Source: Escherichia coli
GTDB lineage: Bacteria > Pseudomonadota > Gammaproteobacteria > Enterobacterales > Enterobacteriaceae
DNA length: 64,000 nt
Direction: 5' to 3' (one strand)
Assembly (NCBI RefSeq): GCF_003790525.1
Contig: NZ_CP033635.1
Below, in pieces: positions 18,085 through 29,282 of the stretch. The notes under the pieces were generated by a model. The model made no database searches. It was not told where the DNA came from and worked only from the letters and a program-made list of their open reading frames with translations. A program made the translations under genes and the position numbers. Every line of letters starts with the position of its first letter. The stretch's first letter is position 1.

Positions 18085-19639
18085 TACGATAAAATCTCTT
18101 CGACTTCGTTTTTAATGATGGTGACATGAGGGCCATAAATCACCTGAACGCCGTTGCCGCGAATAATCACGCCACGCGCTCCGGCCACTTTCAGCGCAGC
18201 TTCATCTACCTTACTGCTCTCTTTAACCGTCACGCGCAGGCGCGTGGCGCAACAGTCCACCTCTTCCAGATTCTCTTTGCCTCCCAGCCCGGCAATGACT
18301 GCCGCTGCGCGTTCACTCTGAGGCTGGCCGGATTCAACCCGGGTTACGTTCTCACGCCCCGGCGTCAGCCAGCCAAAGCGGTTAATCAAATAGCGGAAAG
18401 TAAAGTAGTAAAGGAAGAACCACGGTATTCCCACTATGGGGACATACATCCAGTTTGTTTTAGCTTCCCCCTGCAACACGCCGAAGAGAAGGAAATCGAT
18501 AAGCCCGCCCGAAAAGGTTTGCCCAATAGTGATATGTAAAATATGGGCGACCATAAACGCCAGACCATCGAAGAAGGCGTGAATTACGTATAATACGGGC
18601 GCGACAAACAGGAAGGAGAACTCAACAGGCTCAGTGATTCCCGTCAGGAAAGAGGTCAGGGCTGCTGACAAAAGTAGTCCGGCGACAACCTTTCTATTCT
18701 CCGGCTTTGCAGTATGGTACATTGCCAGACATGCGCCAAGCAGGCCAAACATCATGGTGATAAAGCGCCCGGACATAAAGCGAGCGGTACCCGCGTAGAA
18801 CTGCTGCGTATTCGGATCGGCAAGTTGGGCAAAGAAAATCCGCTGCGTACCTTCAACCAACTGGCCGTTGACGATTTCACTGCCGCCCAGCGCCGTCGTC
18901 CAGAACGGCAAATAAAAGATATGGTGTAAACCCAGTGGACCAAGCATACGCAGGATGAAGCCGTACAACAGCGTCCCCAGATAGCCCGTCGCATCCACCA
19001 GGTCGCCCAGTCCAAAAATGAGTTTCTGGAAATGCGGCCACACCACCGTCATAACCGCACCCACTACTATCGCGGCAAGGGAGCTGATAATGGGTACAAA
19101 ACGAGAACCACTAAAAAAACCGAGAAACTGAGGTAGTGAGACTTTATTGAAACGGCTATGTAAAGTGCAGGTGACGAGACCAATCACCACCCCACCAAAC
19201 ACACCAGTTTCCAGTGTCTGAATACCAAGCGTCATCCCCTGGCCAACTGAAGCGGGGTTCTTGTGCGCCAGCGTTCCGTTGAGCGTTAATAAGGCGTTGA
19301 TGGTGGCATTCATCACCAGAAACGCCAGCAATGACGCAAGCCCGGCAGTGCCTTTATCCGATTTCGCAGCCCCACGGCGACGCCGACTGCAAAGAGTACC
19401 GACAGGTTGGCAAACACAATAGAACCTGCGCTGGTCATGATTGTGAATATTGCCTGCAACCAGTCGGCATCTAAAAACGGATAAGCCGTCAACGTGTTTG
19501 GATTTGACAACGCGCCACCAATCCCTAATAACAGCCCTGCTGCGGGCAATACCGCAATCGGCAGCATGAAGGATTTTCCGAACCGCTGCGCTTTTTCAAA
19601 CCATCCCCCCGATGAAGCGCCGCTAAACATTTGCATCAT
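18084..19639 (-). pseudogene. PTS glucose-family EIICB component, frameshifted
   Basis: ORFs 19313..19639 (EIIC N-terminus) and 18084..19331 (rest of EIIC plus the EIIB CATRLR motif) overlap in different frames. The break maps near 19361-19370, where ...GLAKSDKGTAGL... would need one extra G. Confidence 0.75.
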
Positions 19640-19804
19640 TTTATCATCTCCTCGATTTTTGATGAAAATTTTTACTATAATTATTCTTATAAATAAAAAT
19701 CACCATCAAAATCTAAGAAGTCGATCATACTTTTTTAAAATGTCTGGCATCAATCCCCTCCTTTCCGTCACACTATCAACAGATAAACGCATTAAGGATT
19801 TTAC

Positions 19805-20629
19805 ATGTCAGAAAATGAAAACCTGCTGCTGAGATTGCGCCAGAGCGTTGATGGATATAGCCGAACACAACAGAAGCTGGGAGAGTTTGTACTTAGCGAT
19901 CCGGCAAAAGTTGTCTACCTGACGATTACCGAACTTGCGCGTGAAAGCGGCACCAGCGAGGCTAGCGTCACACGTCTGTGCCGAACGCTTGGGTGTAAGG
20001 GCTATAACGAATTCAAAATGGCGCTGGCACTCGATCTCCGACAAGTACAGTTTGTAGAGCACGGCGGTGATGAGATTGACAATGTGGTCAATGAATCCGT
20101 GCAAGCAATACAGGACACAGCAAAATTACTCGACAGAACCTTGCTGGAAGCAGCCGCGCTTGCACTGCATCAGGCTCAGTCAGTGCAGATTTATGGCGTA
20201 GCAGCCAGTGCCATTCTGGGGGAGTATTTACATTATAAACTCCTGCGTCTGGGGAAACCCGCACAATTGTTCAGCGATATGCATCGTGCTGCCATGAACG
20301 CCACAACACTTAGTAAAAACACGTTCGTGGTGGCGATTTCCAGTTCTGGATCCACGCGCGATCTGCTGCATGTCGTAAAACTAGCGCGTAAGCAAGGTGT
20401 GCGTGTACTGGCGCTGAGTAATACACCGCGCAGTCCGTTAGCTTCGCTGAGTGATATTCAACTGGTCGCGGCCAAACCGGAAGGACCCTTGAGTGCCGGC
20501 GCGCTGACTGCCAAAGTGGGAGTGATGCTGTTGGTAGAGCTACTCACCACATCGCTGATTGCGCTGGATGACCAGTACAGCGAGGTGAGCCAGAAAACAG
20601 CCAGCGCGACCCTACCGCTACTGCTTTAA
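19805..20629 (+). CDS. MurR/RpiR-family transcriptional regulator (HTH_6 + SIS)
   Basis: 274 aa. N-terminal HTH (LTITELARESGTSEASVTRLCRTLG) and a SIS-type C-terminal half (VVAISSSGSTRD). Divergent from the PTS/nanE operon. Confidence 0.85.
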   Translation: MSENENLLLRLRQSVDGYSRTQQKLGEFVLSDPAKVVYLTITELARESGTSEASVTRLCRTLGCKGYNEFKMALALDLRQVQFVEHGGDEIDNVVNESVQAIQDTAKLLDRTLLEAAALALHQAQSVQIYGVAASAILGEYLHYKLLRLGKPAQLFSDMHRAAMNATTLSKNTFVVAISSSGSTRDLLHVVKLARKQGVRVLALSNTPRSPLASLSDIQLVAAKPEGPLSAGALTAKVGVMLLVELLTTSLIALDDQYSEVSQKTASATLPLLL

Positions 20630-20724
20630 AGACATAAAAAACCGCCGAAGCGCTGGGTGCTCCCCATGAATCAGTGATAATAAACCAACATCATATTCTG
20701 GTAGGTTCTGGCGAGGTGATTAAA

Positions 20725-20750
20725 AACGGTGCTCAGCACCGTTCGTTTTA
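20725..20750 (+). terminator. rho-independent terminator downstream of the rpiR-like gene
   Basis: AACGGTGC-TCA-GCACCGTT stem-loop followed by cgtttta. Confidence 0.6.
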
Positions 20751-20785
20751 AAATTAGCGAGGAGTATCGTAAGATGCTCTTCCCC

Positions 20786-22129
20786 CTACTTCAGAAAATC
20801 CTTCACATCCAGTAGAATAAACTCGTTGTCATCCGCCATATTAGGCCAGCGGCTGGAGGAAAACGGGAAGTTATTATCGTTGCCTACGATGATGTGGTTA
20901 GTGTCAACCACATCCACGTTCTCGATGGTGAAGAACGGGAAGGTCAGCACACCGTCGTTCAGCGGCTTGCGTGCCAGCTTGTTCGGATCCTGAATCTTCA
21001 TCAGGTCAATATAGCCCAGTTTTTCGACAGGTTTTCCGACGTTAGTGTCCGAGAAAGCAATTTTATACACCCGTTTGAACCTGGCTACTTGACTGAAGCA
21101 GTTGTTGGTCGGCGCGCCGGCGACGCAGGCTTTATCCGCCGTGCCTTCGCCGTTATCACGCTCGATCACCAGTCCGTGGGTATCATCTATCATATTGAAG
21201 TCGCCGATGGCGTTCTGGTTGTCTTCCAGCACGTACTGCCAGCTGCGACCAGTCCAGGCCTGCTGTTTGGCATCGAACTCCAGCACACGCAGGTAGCGTT
21301 TTCCGCCAACGTTCTCGAACTGCTCACCGTCCCACAATGCCCCTTCCAGCAGCGGATACAGCTTACTGCCGTCCGGCGAGATGGCCATGCCTTCAAAGCC
21401 TTTGGAACGCGCCACCTGGAAGTTCAGCTTACCGTCCGGAGCGCTAGGTAGAGTCAGCGTCGGGTTGTCCGGCGATTTAACCACCTTACCGTCCACTTCT
21501 GTGTCGAACACCGCCAGCACCTTGCCGTTCAGGTCGGTCTTGATCAGGTAAGGACCGAACTCATCACCGATCCATAAGGCATCGTCGGAAAACTGGAAGC
21601 TTTCCGGATCAAAATCGCTGCCGGTCAGATAGCGTAGTTCGGTGCTCTCGTTGATGATGTGGAACGGCACCTTTTTATCCGGATCATGCAGGAACAGCGT
21701 CTTCAGCGGTACTACCGAGCCGTCTTTGAAATCTATCTTGTATTGGTTGAGGTACAGCATGGCGTCCGGGGAGTTGGCTTTGCTGCCGAAGCCATTGTCA
21801 GTCAGCACCCAATAGGTACCGTCGGGCATGTGTTTGATACCTGAGTGGCCCTGCAACGGCTGACCATTGATCGGCAGGCTGAGTCCTGTCAGGCGTTCTG
21901 CGGATTTGCCCGCTACGCTGCCCAGCTCGGTGACGCGTTTGCCGCTGGTGTATTTGCCGCTCTGTTGCAAATCGCCCGGCGCATCCTTCGGTGTTGAAAC
22001 AGCGGATTTTGCCGGCAGAATTGCATGCCCGGCCAGCGTTGCCTGCACCGGCTGCGCTTTGGCCCACAGGTTGGCGCTCAGAGCCATGCAGCCAACCAGT
22101 ATAGCCAGCCGGATTTTGGAGGTGTGCAT
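20786..22129 (-). CDS. secreted protein, phytase-like esterase family (tentative)
   Basis: 447 aa with signal peptide MHTSKIRLAILVGCMALSANLWA. Repeated beta-propeller-like blocks (GFEGMAISPDGSKLY) match my memory of the 'esterase-like activity of phytase' domain. The family call is a recollection, not a search result. Confidence 0.5.
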   Translation of the reverse strand: MHTSKIRLAILVGCMALSANLWAKAQPVQATLAGHAILPAKSAVSTPKDAPGDLQQSGKYTSGKRVTELGSVAGKSAERLTGLSLPINGQPLQGHSGIKHMPDGTYWVLTDNGFGSKANSPDAMLYLNQYKIDFKDGSVVPLKTLFLHDPDKKVPFHIINESTELRYLTGSDFDPESFQFSDDALWIGDEFGPYLIKTDLNGKVLAVFDTEVDGKVVKSPDNPTLTLPSAPDGKLNFQVARSKGFEGMAISPDGSKLYPLLEGALWDGEQFENVGGKRYLRVLEFDAKQQAWTGRSWQYVLEDNQNAIGDFNMIDDTHGLVIERDNGEGTADKACVAGAPTNNCFSQVARFKRVYKIAFSDTNVGKPVEKLGYIDLMKIQDPNKLARKPLNDGVLTFPFFTIENVDVVDTNHIIVGNDNNFPFSSSRWPNMADDNEFILLDVKDFLK

Positions 22130-22489
22130 GTCATACTCTCCTTTCGTTGTTATCGCCCAGAAGTAAAACTAACGTCATTGTAGGGAGCAGAAATGACAGA
22201 AATATTATGATTACGGTAGGGATAGCCGTTGCCGGCTTCCCCGCCATGTCAACGCCGGTATTTATGGTTTCTGTTTGCTTTTCTGTAAAAATAAAGGGGA
22301 GAGACGACGGTACTATAAACAACCATGATGAATCTCATCTATTCGGCCCAGATGAAAGACGCGAGTGAGGCTCTTGTTCGTTAAGCGGATACGTATATCC
22401 TGTACAATAATCAGATATACCTCACGGGGTCTAACACTTTATCATCAACGAGTTGCAGATCAGATAGTCATACGGTTGCTGCGTGCTTT

Positions 22490-23489
22490 AGCTGGCTGAA
22501 TACAGCCTGAAATCATCACCGTAATGACATGATGCCCAGCACAGCCTTACCTTTCTGGCGGCGATGGCCACAACAGCGCGTCAGTATTCTCTGCGTTCAA
22601 CCAGTGAACAGACCCAACGACTGAATGAGTCAGTCCTTTTCTCAGCACCAATCAGTACTGAACGAGCCCCCTGAACCAGAAGCATTCGCAGATACGAATC
22701 ACCGGCTTTTGTTATCCTGCCCAGCTTCGACATTCAGCCGCTGCTGTATTGTGATAGCGTCAGCCCAGCCAGGCTGCCAGTTGCCGTCCCTTTTTAAAAT
22801 CATGTGCATTACCGATACAGGCAACCAGCGCACAGGCTGTTGTGGGACCAACTCCTTTTAGCTCCATCAGCTGTTTAATACGGATATCATCCCTTGCAGC
22901 CTCATGAAGACGGTGGTCATGAGACGATATGAGTTCATTTTACTCTGACAGTTCGCACAACAAACGGATGAAGGGTCATTCCACTGCCCCTGGACAGTAT
23001 TCCCTGCTGGATTTTACGCACGTGCCTTATCCCCACAGGCAGCAGCAGACCAAATTCACTCAACAGCCCCCGGATTTCATTACGCAACGCCGTTCGCTCG
23101 CGGATGATTCTGGCCCGGACCCGGTATTCTTCCTGTAACGTCTGCTGGGATTCCGATATGAAAACAACAAATCGCATGCCGGGCCTGCTGACGGCCTCAC
23201 AGATGGCAGCTGCATTATTAGCGTCGTTTTTGTTACCTTTGAGATAAGATTTGACAAGTTTCTACGGAATAATGCGCACGGTAGGCCCCATACGGAATGA
23301 GTTCCCGTGCCCAGAATGGGAAGAGCCACAGACTTCGATGCTGATGAGGCAGGGAGAAAGCCCGGAGAAAAACGTCATCATGTGGGGAGGGCTCAGCGTT
23401 TTTCTCCGTACCACTATTCATTGTGATCAACGCCGTGGATTTGAAAAACATTTTTCGGCAAGATCGAAACCAATACGATTAATATTCAT
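22490..23489 (-). pseudogene. IS110-family transposase, multiply frameshifted
   Basis: Minus-strand MNINRIGFDLAKNVFQIHGVDHNE..., then fragments in several frames (track ORF 22935..23177 and others). Lies directly downstream of ugpB beside a REP-like sequence (tgtaggccgatg). Confidence 0.6.
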
Positions 23490-23623
23490 GACTGACTTCT
23501 CCACCAGGGAACTGGGTACATCTCAGTCTGGAACGTTGATGCCGTAAGGAGGAAGATGTCAATCACATCGGCCTACACGCGATGTTAGCTCAGATAGGCG
23601 AAACGTATCCGACATTACACTGG

Positions 23624-24940
23624 TTAAGACTTCGTCGATTTCTCAAAGCGGCGTAGTAACTGATTCCCACGCTCAACGGCGGTATCCAGCGCCTGCTGTG
23701 GCGTCTTCTTACCGGTCCACACGCTCTCAAGCTCTTCATCCACAATCGCTCTGATCTGCGGCATGTTGCCCAGACGTAGTCCTTTGGTGAACGGTAACGA
23801 CGGTTTGTTCAGCATCTGACGTGTCGCGATATCCGCCCCTGGGTTTTTCTCATAAAAGCCCTGCTCACGGGTCAGGTCATACGCCGCTTTGGTGATTGGC
23901 AGATAACCGGTTTTCTGATGCCACTCGGCAGCATTTTCTGGCTTCGCGAGGAAGTCGAGGAACTTCGCCACGCCGGTATACGTTTCTTTATCTTTGCCCT
24001 GCATCACCCACAGGCTGGCTCCGCCGATAATGGCGTTTTGTGGTGCATCTTTCGCGTCAGCGTCGTAAGGCATCATGCCTACGCCGTAGTTGAATTTGGC
24101 GTACTCGCGAATGCTGGCAAGAGAACCAGAAGAGGCAGTCGTCATTGCGCAATCACCGTTATAGAACTTCTCGGTGGATTCATCCTTACGCCCGACGTAG
24201 CTGAAATCGCCTTTCTTGTTCATCTCTTCGAGCATGGCGATGTGTTTCACCTGCTCCGGCTTGTTGAACTCCAGCACCGCATCTGTGCCGTCAAAGCCGT
24301 TGTTTTTGCTGGCAAACGGCAGACCGTTCCAGGCGCTAAAGTTTTCCAGTTGGATCCAGCCCTGCCAGCCGCTGGAGTAGCCGCACTTCATACCGGAGGC
24401 TTTCAGTTTCGCGGCATAGTCCGCCAGATCCTGCCAGGTTTTCGGCGGCTGTTCCGGGTCTAATCCTGCTTTCTTGAAAGCATCTTTGTTGTAATAGAGA
24501 ACAGGAGTCGAGCTGTTGAACGGCTGGGAGAGTAAGTGTCCCGTTTTGCTGTCGGAGTAGTAGCCTGAAACCGTCGGCACAAACTGCGACTCATCAAAGT
24601 TAATCCCCGCCTCTTTAAACACGTCATACACCGGTTTAATGGCTTTCGACGCCATCATGGTGGCGGTGCCAACTTCATAAACCTGCAAAATAGCCGGAGC
24701 GTTACCGGTACGAAATGCTGCGATCCCCGCACTTAAACTCTCTTCGTAGTTGCCTTTATAAGTCGGTATAATTTTGTAATCCGGGTTTTCGGCGTTAAAA
24801 CGTTGGACCAGAGAATTCACCTCTTTACCCAGTTCCCCTTCCATAGAGTGCCAGAACGGAATGGTCGTCACTGCCTGTGCATTCCCCATTAACGTCAGTC
24901 CGAGCACCAGTGCTGAAGCTGTATAATGTAACGGTTTCAT
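23624..24940 (-). CDS. ugpB: sn-glycerol-3-phosphate ABC transporter substrate-binding protein UgpB (orphan extra copy, no ugpAEC)
   Basis: 438 aa. Collinear with, and differing at only a few positions from, my recollection of K-12 UgpB ([11 protein letters not shown]...RRFEKSTKS). Confidence 0.9.
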   Translation of the reverse strand: MKPLHYTASALVLGLTLMGNAQAVTTIPFWHSMEGELGKEVNSLVQRFNAENPDYKIIPTYKGNYEESLSAGIAAFRTGNAPAILQVYEVGTATMMASKAIKPVYDVFKEAGINFDESQFVPTVSGYYSDSKTGHLLSQPFNSSTPVLYYNKDAFKKAGLDPEQPPKTWQDLADYAAKLKASGMKCGYSSGWQGWIQLENFSAWNGLPFASKNNGFDGTDAVLEFNKPEQVKHIAMLEEMNKKGDFSYVGRKDESTEKFYNGDCAMTTASSGSLASIREYAKFNYGVGMMPYDADAKDAPQNAIIGGASLWVMQGKDKETYTGVAKFLDFLAKPENAAEWHQKTGYLPITKAAYDLTREQGFYEKNPGADIATRQMLNKPSLPFTKGLRLGNMPQIRAIVDEELESVWTGKKTPQQALDTAVERGNQLLRRFEKSTKS

Positions 24941-25040
24941 CGTTTATCTCTCTTGCTTGTTGTACCTGATGAGCGAATTCACACGTTTCATGCTCGTGGG
25001 ATTAAATATCATGCCCGAATTGCAGAAAAATAACTTTTTT

Positions 25041-25080
25041 ATTACATGTGTTAGACAGTAAAGTGTTAGAAAGATGACAG
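25041..25080 (-). promoter_or_regulatory. ugp-type promoter with Pho boxes
   Basis: Minus strand reads CTGTCATCTTTCTAACACTTTACTGTCTAACACATGTAAT. This has tandem CTGTCA-type Pho-box half-sites, as I recall for the K-12 ugpB promoter. Confidence 0.55.
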
Positions 25081-25096
25081 AGCAGTGACGGCACAG

Positions 25097-25412
25097 GTGA
25101 GACGTGGTGGATTGAATTTGATCCTGCTGTTGACAGTGAAATCCGCAAGACATGTCCGGCAGTGATCGTGAGCAATGACGCAGCAAACAGGAACCTCGCT
25201 CGAGTAGTCGTCGTTCCTCTGACCAGTAACACAGAGCGAGTGTATCCAAGTGAGGCTGTTGTGACCGTAGGTGTCAGAGCAGCAAAGCGATTGTAGAGCA
25301 GATTATGGCGGCGGATAAGTCCTGTCTCAAAACACATATTGGCTCGTTGTCCAAAGCAGATATGTTGTCTGTTGAGGACGCAATCAAGATCCATCTTGGT
25401 TTACTGCGGTAA
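25097..25412 (+). pseudogene. PemK/MazF-family type II toxin remnant (5' lesion plus internal frameshift, no antitoxin gene)
   Basis: Reads VRRG / WIEFDPAVDSEIRKTCPAVIVSNDAANRNLARVVVVPLTSNTERVYPSEAVVTV, then after a frame change ...IMAADKSCLKTHIGSLSKADMLSVEDAIKIHLGLLR*. Confidence 0.6.
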
Positions 25413-26069
25413 CGCCATGTGAATCTGTCGGCTACCGCCATTAGTGACGGAATTTTCTGTGGGGCAGCGTACCAATGGCATTCGGTTAAGTTCTTGCTGG
25501 AGCATCAAAAGAGTTCCAGCGCGTTCTGGGCCGTACATATTTTCGTGGGTAACACCTCCCTGGCCTTACTCGCTGAGTCATACAACTGCGATCGATTCAG
25601 ATGCCATTTTGCAATCAGCCTCTCAGAAAGAGCGCAACAGAATGATTTTAAATGTTTTCCTGTTACCCGAATCAGTAAAGACAAGTACCTCACTACGAGA
25701 AACAAGCAGTTTTTGAAATTAAAATTTTGTTTATTTCTACTACTACCGATGAAAACGTTATTATCTTAATAATTAATGTCATTTCAGGATATCCATGTAA
25801 GGTTAAGTAATAATATATGAGCCTGTATTTTTATTTTACATCTTTCTCACTCTGTGAATGAAAATATTCAATAGAAAATTTGATTTGAATAATTTATATA
25901 ACTCTTCTATATTACATCAATGCCGATAGAAATCGTAAAAAGCTTCGTTTTCATAAAAATTTCTTTCAATAATATTTGTAGCTGGACCAGCCCCTTGAAA
26001 CGCCAGATAGTGGATGTATCTTAAAATAAGAGACAGGCTTGGATATATGTCTGACACTGGTTCTAATTT

Positions 26070-26600
26070 TGAGATGACTGGAACTTTGCCGGGGCTGTAG
26101 CTTCGTAAACGTAAAACTCCTCAGGAAAAAATTGGCATTATTCAGCAGACAATGGAGCCTGGCATGGCGGTGTCACATGTGGCGCGTTTGCGTTGTATTC
26201 AGCCCTGCCTGTTGTTTAAGTGGAAAAACAATCTCTGGAAGGAAGTCTCACTGCTGTTGCTTCAGGAGAGGGTGTCGTTCCTGCCTCAGAACTGCCTGCC
26301 GCTATAAAACAAATAAAAGAGTTACAGCTCTTGCTGGGTAAAAAACCATGGAAGTTTAGATCCTCAAAGAAGTGGTGGAGTATGCGCAATCGCGAAAATG
26401 GATAGCGCATGTGCCCTTGTTACCTTCGGACAAGGAATAGCCCCGGTAAGCCGTGTTCTGGGCGATACTCAGGCGGCAGTCCCTAAATGAAGGACTACCG
26501 TTAGTGAATGCAAAGCGCGTTTACCGTAAGCGTAAACTGACCGCCGTATGTAGCCATCAGACGAGAATTGGTAACTTAGACGCCCATCTGATATAGACGG
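26070..26600. mobile_element. IS2-group (IS3 family) orfA/orfB remnants and IS66-type end debris
   Basis: ...RKRKTPQEKIGIIQQTMEPGMAVSHVARL... and ...[34 protein letters not shown]... parallel IS2 InsC and are broken by frameshifts. Confidence 0.5.
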
Positions 26601-26695
26601 ACATCTAAGTATGGAATTACAGGACTGGCGAAAAGAACCTCGTAAAAACTATTTGAACCGCCCCGGGTTTCCTGGAGAGTGTTTTATCTGTGAAC

Positions 26696-27586
26696 TCAGG
26701 CTGCCAGATCATCGTTTCCGATGGAAGCATAATAAGCTTTTTCTGCTTCTGCCGGTGGGATATGGCCCAGCCTTTCCAGCAATCGTCGATTGTTATACCA
26801 GTCCACCCACGTGAGTGTGGCCAGCTCCACTTCTGTCCGGTTTTTCCAGCTCTTACGGTGTATTACCTCCGCTTTGTAAAGGCCATTGATGCTCTCCGCC
26901 ATCGCGTTGTCATACGAGTCACCAGTACTTCCTGTTGATGCCAGTAATCCGGCTTCCTTAAGCCGCTGTGTGTAGGCCAGCGATACATACTGAGAACCTT
27001 TATCACTGTGATGGACTGTGCCGGACGGTCGACGGGCCCATAACGCCTGCTCCAGAGCATCCAGCACGAATGTCGTTTCCATAGACGATGAGACCCGCCA
27101 CCCCACGATGTATCCGGCAAACACATCAATGATGAACGCCACATAGACGACCCCCTCCCATGTGCTGACGTAAGTAAAATCAGCCACCCACAACTGGTCA
27201 GGACGTTCTGCCACAAACTGACGGTTTACGCGGTCGCCTGCGGCAACGGCTTTCCGGCTGACGGTAGTGCGGACCTTTTTACCCCGGAGAACACCGGCAA
27301 GTCCCATAACCGCCATGAGGCGCGCCACTGTACATCTGGCTACCCTGATTCCTTCCCGTAACAACTGACGCCAGACTTTACGCACACCGTATACCTGATG
27401 ATTCCCATCGTATACGCGCAGTATCTCTTTCTTCAGCCAGTCATCGCGCTGCGCACGGGCACTGCGTTTATAAGGATGATGTCGCTGTTGCTGACAGTGG
27501 TAATACGTTGACGGGGCAATATGTAGTTCACTGCATACCGGTCCGACCCCGTACAGCTTACGCAGCTTATCCAGCAGTGGCATCAC
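26696..27586 (-). CDS. IS3-family transposase orfB (DDE integrase core)
   Basis: 296-aa frame with [19 protein letters not shown] and [10 protein letters not shown] motifs. Confidence 0.9.
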   Translation of the reverse strand: MMPLLDKLRKLYGVGPVCSELHIAPSTYYHCQQQRHHPYKRSARAQRDDWLKKEILRVYDGNHQVYGVRKVWRQLLREGIRVARCTVARLMAVMGLAGVLRGKKVRTTVSRKAVAAGDRVNRQFVAERPDQLWVADFTYVSTWEGVVYVAFIIDVFAGYIVGWRVSSSMETTFVLDALEQALWARRPSGTVHHSDKGSQYVSLAYTQRLKEAGLLASTGSTGDSYDNAMAESINGLYKAEVIHRKSWKNRTEVELATLTWVDWYNNRRLLERLGHIPPAEAEKAYYASIGNDDLAA

Positions 27587-27909
27587 TTTTTCCAGAGGCG
27601 GTCGAACTCCGCCTTCGCAAAATAAGCGGAAGCCTGGCGAAGGATATCGTTACTGCGGCGCAGTTCACGATTTTCACGTTCCAGCTCTTTCAGACGCTGA
27701 CGTTCAGCGGTGGTGAGCCCGCCATCACCGCCTCCGGTATCCCGCTCATGCTGGCGTACCCAGACACGCAGAGTCTCCGGTGTACAGCCAATCTTTGGGG
27801 CAATGGAACAAATTGCCGCCCACTGTGAGTCATATTCGCCCTGACTTTCCAGAACCATACGAATCGCCCTCTGACGGACTTCGGGGGAAAAACGAGTATT
27901 TTTAGTCAT
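27583..27909 (-). CDS. IS3-family transposase orfA
   Basis: 108 aa, [26 protein letters not shown]..., HTH plus leucine zipper. Confidence 0.9.
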   Translation of the reverse strand: MTKNTRFSPEVRQRAIRMVLESQGEYDSQWAAICSIAPKIGCTPETLRVWVRQHERDTGGGDGGLTTAERQRLKELERENRELRRSNDILRQASAYFAKAEFDRLWKK

Positions 27910-27963
27910 TCTGTTTACCTCTTTCTCAGGGAGTTTAGTCTCCAGGATTCCCGGGGCGGTTCA

Positions 27964-29003
27964 ACTTGTGATTTTTTCCCTTTTGCTGTCAGAGTTCGGT
28001 AACGAGAACACAATCGTTGTTGAGCTTTCCATGCAATATCTTTGGAATATTGTGTTACAGAGTCCGGTCGGTAATATATAAGCCATGCACCAACTTTTGC
28101 AGGTGTACGATAAGACCAGGCGGCTTCGTAAAGCAGACGTCTCAGTTCGCTGTTTCCAACTTTTGTTATTCCTCTGGGACGAATACTGTTTCCACTGGAA
28201 TATTCACCTGGCACCAGTCCCAGAAAAGCCATGAGCTGTTTGGGATTGGAAAATCGCGAAAAATCACCCAGTTCAGCAACCAGGGTTATTGCAATTAGCT
28301 GACCAACACCTTTTAGAGCCTGCAACTGGCAGACCAGATTGCACAGAGACCACTCAGGTAACAGGCGAGATATTTCCTGGTCGAGTTGAAGTATGCGATC
28401 TTCAATCTGCTCCAGACTTTGACAATAGTGTTGAAAAGCAATCTGCTGAGATGGCTGACTAAATGATTGATTAGCTAACCAGGTTCGATGTTTGCCGGTC
28501 CAGTGCTTCCCTGCATAACGTTTGTCTGTTCGCAATAGCATGCTCAGAATTCGCTGTCGGGCAACTCTGCTGTCTCGTTTAGCTGCTGCACGGGCTCTGA
28601 TTAGATCCCGCATAGCTTCATGAGTCAGGTCAGGGATCCAGACAGGGGTAAGTTCACCAGCCCGCAGTAACCTGGCAAGAGAAATTGCGTCCCGATGATC
28701 ATTTTTGATTCTGTCTGTCGGTGATTTTGGTATCCGGGAAGGGGCAATAACCTGGCATTTTATATTCATCGCTGTGAGTTGATGATATAGCCCAAAACCA
28801 CAGGGGCCAGCCTCATAGCAGGAAAGAATGTTTCCGTAAAGTCCCTGCAATTTTTGAAATAATCGACGTACAGCCTGGGCTTCGTTGTTAATCGTACCAT
28901 AATAACGAACTTCGCCAAGCCGTTCAGGTGCAGCAATAGCAACCGCCAACGTTTCTTTATGTACATCCAGCCCGATGTAAGCTGCAATATTTTCCGAATG
29001 CAT
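27964..29003 (-). pseudogene. IS110-family transposase truncated at its 3' end by the IS629-like insertion
   Basis: ORF 27915..29003 starts MHSENIAAYIGLDVHKETLAV... Its last ~16 codons read into the IS629-like terminus, so the native C-terminus is missing. Confidence 0.8.
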
Positions 29004-29066
29004 AATGACCTCCTCTGGAATATCCCACCAATGCTATAGTGAGTATATAAAGGTCATACCATCTTT

Positions 29067-29282
29067 ATGTTCTTTGGCAGCGATCACGGCGGCGAGCGTG
29101 GAGCACTGTTGTACGGGCTGATCGGCACCTGCCGTCTGAACGGTATCGATCCGGAAGCGTATCTGCGCCATATCCTGAGCGTACTGCCGGAATGGCCTTC
29201 CAACCGAGTTGATGAACTCCTGCCATGGAACGTAGTACTCACCAATAAATAAGCGTCAATACGGTGCTCCGTTGACGCTTAC
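29067..29282 (+). mobile_element. IS66-family tnpC 3' fragment with terminal inverted repeat
   Basis: ...[41 protein letters not shown]..., then the reverse complement of GTAAGCGTCAACGG... ending at 29282. Confidence 0.6.

Larger units (their letters stand above)
26654..27963 (-). mobile_element. IS3-family element, IS629/IS1203-like, apparently intact (1310 bp)
   Basis: Terminal repeats TGAACCGCCCCGGG at 26654 and, as reverse complement, ending at 27963. orfA and orfB overlap by 4 nt in the usual -1 frameshift arrangement. Confidence 0.88.

Noticed and set aside
24944-25394. Minus-strand ORFs 24944..25249 and 25002..25394
   Set aside because: They span the ugp promoter and run antisense to the recognisable mazF/pemK remnant. 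They have no SD or start context and no motifs.
25419-26069. ORFs 25419..25769, 25444..25716 and 25505..25705 in an AT-rich stretch
   Set aside because: They are mutually overlapping in three frames, with no RBS and no recognisable features. I treat the segment as unexplained AT-rich spacer rather than calling genes.
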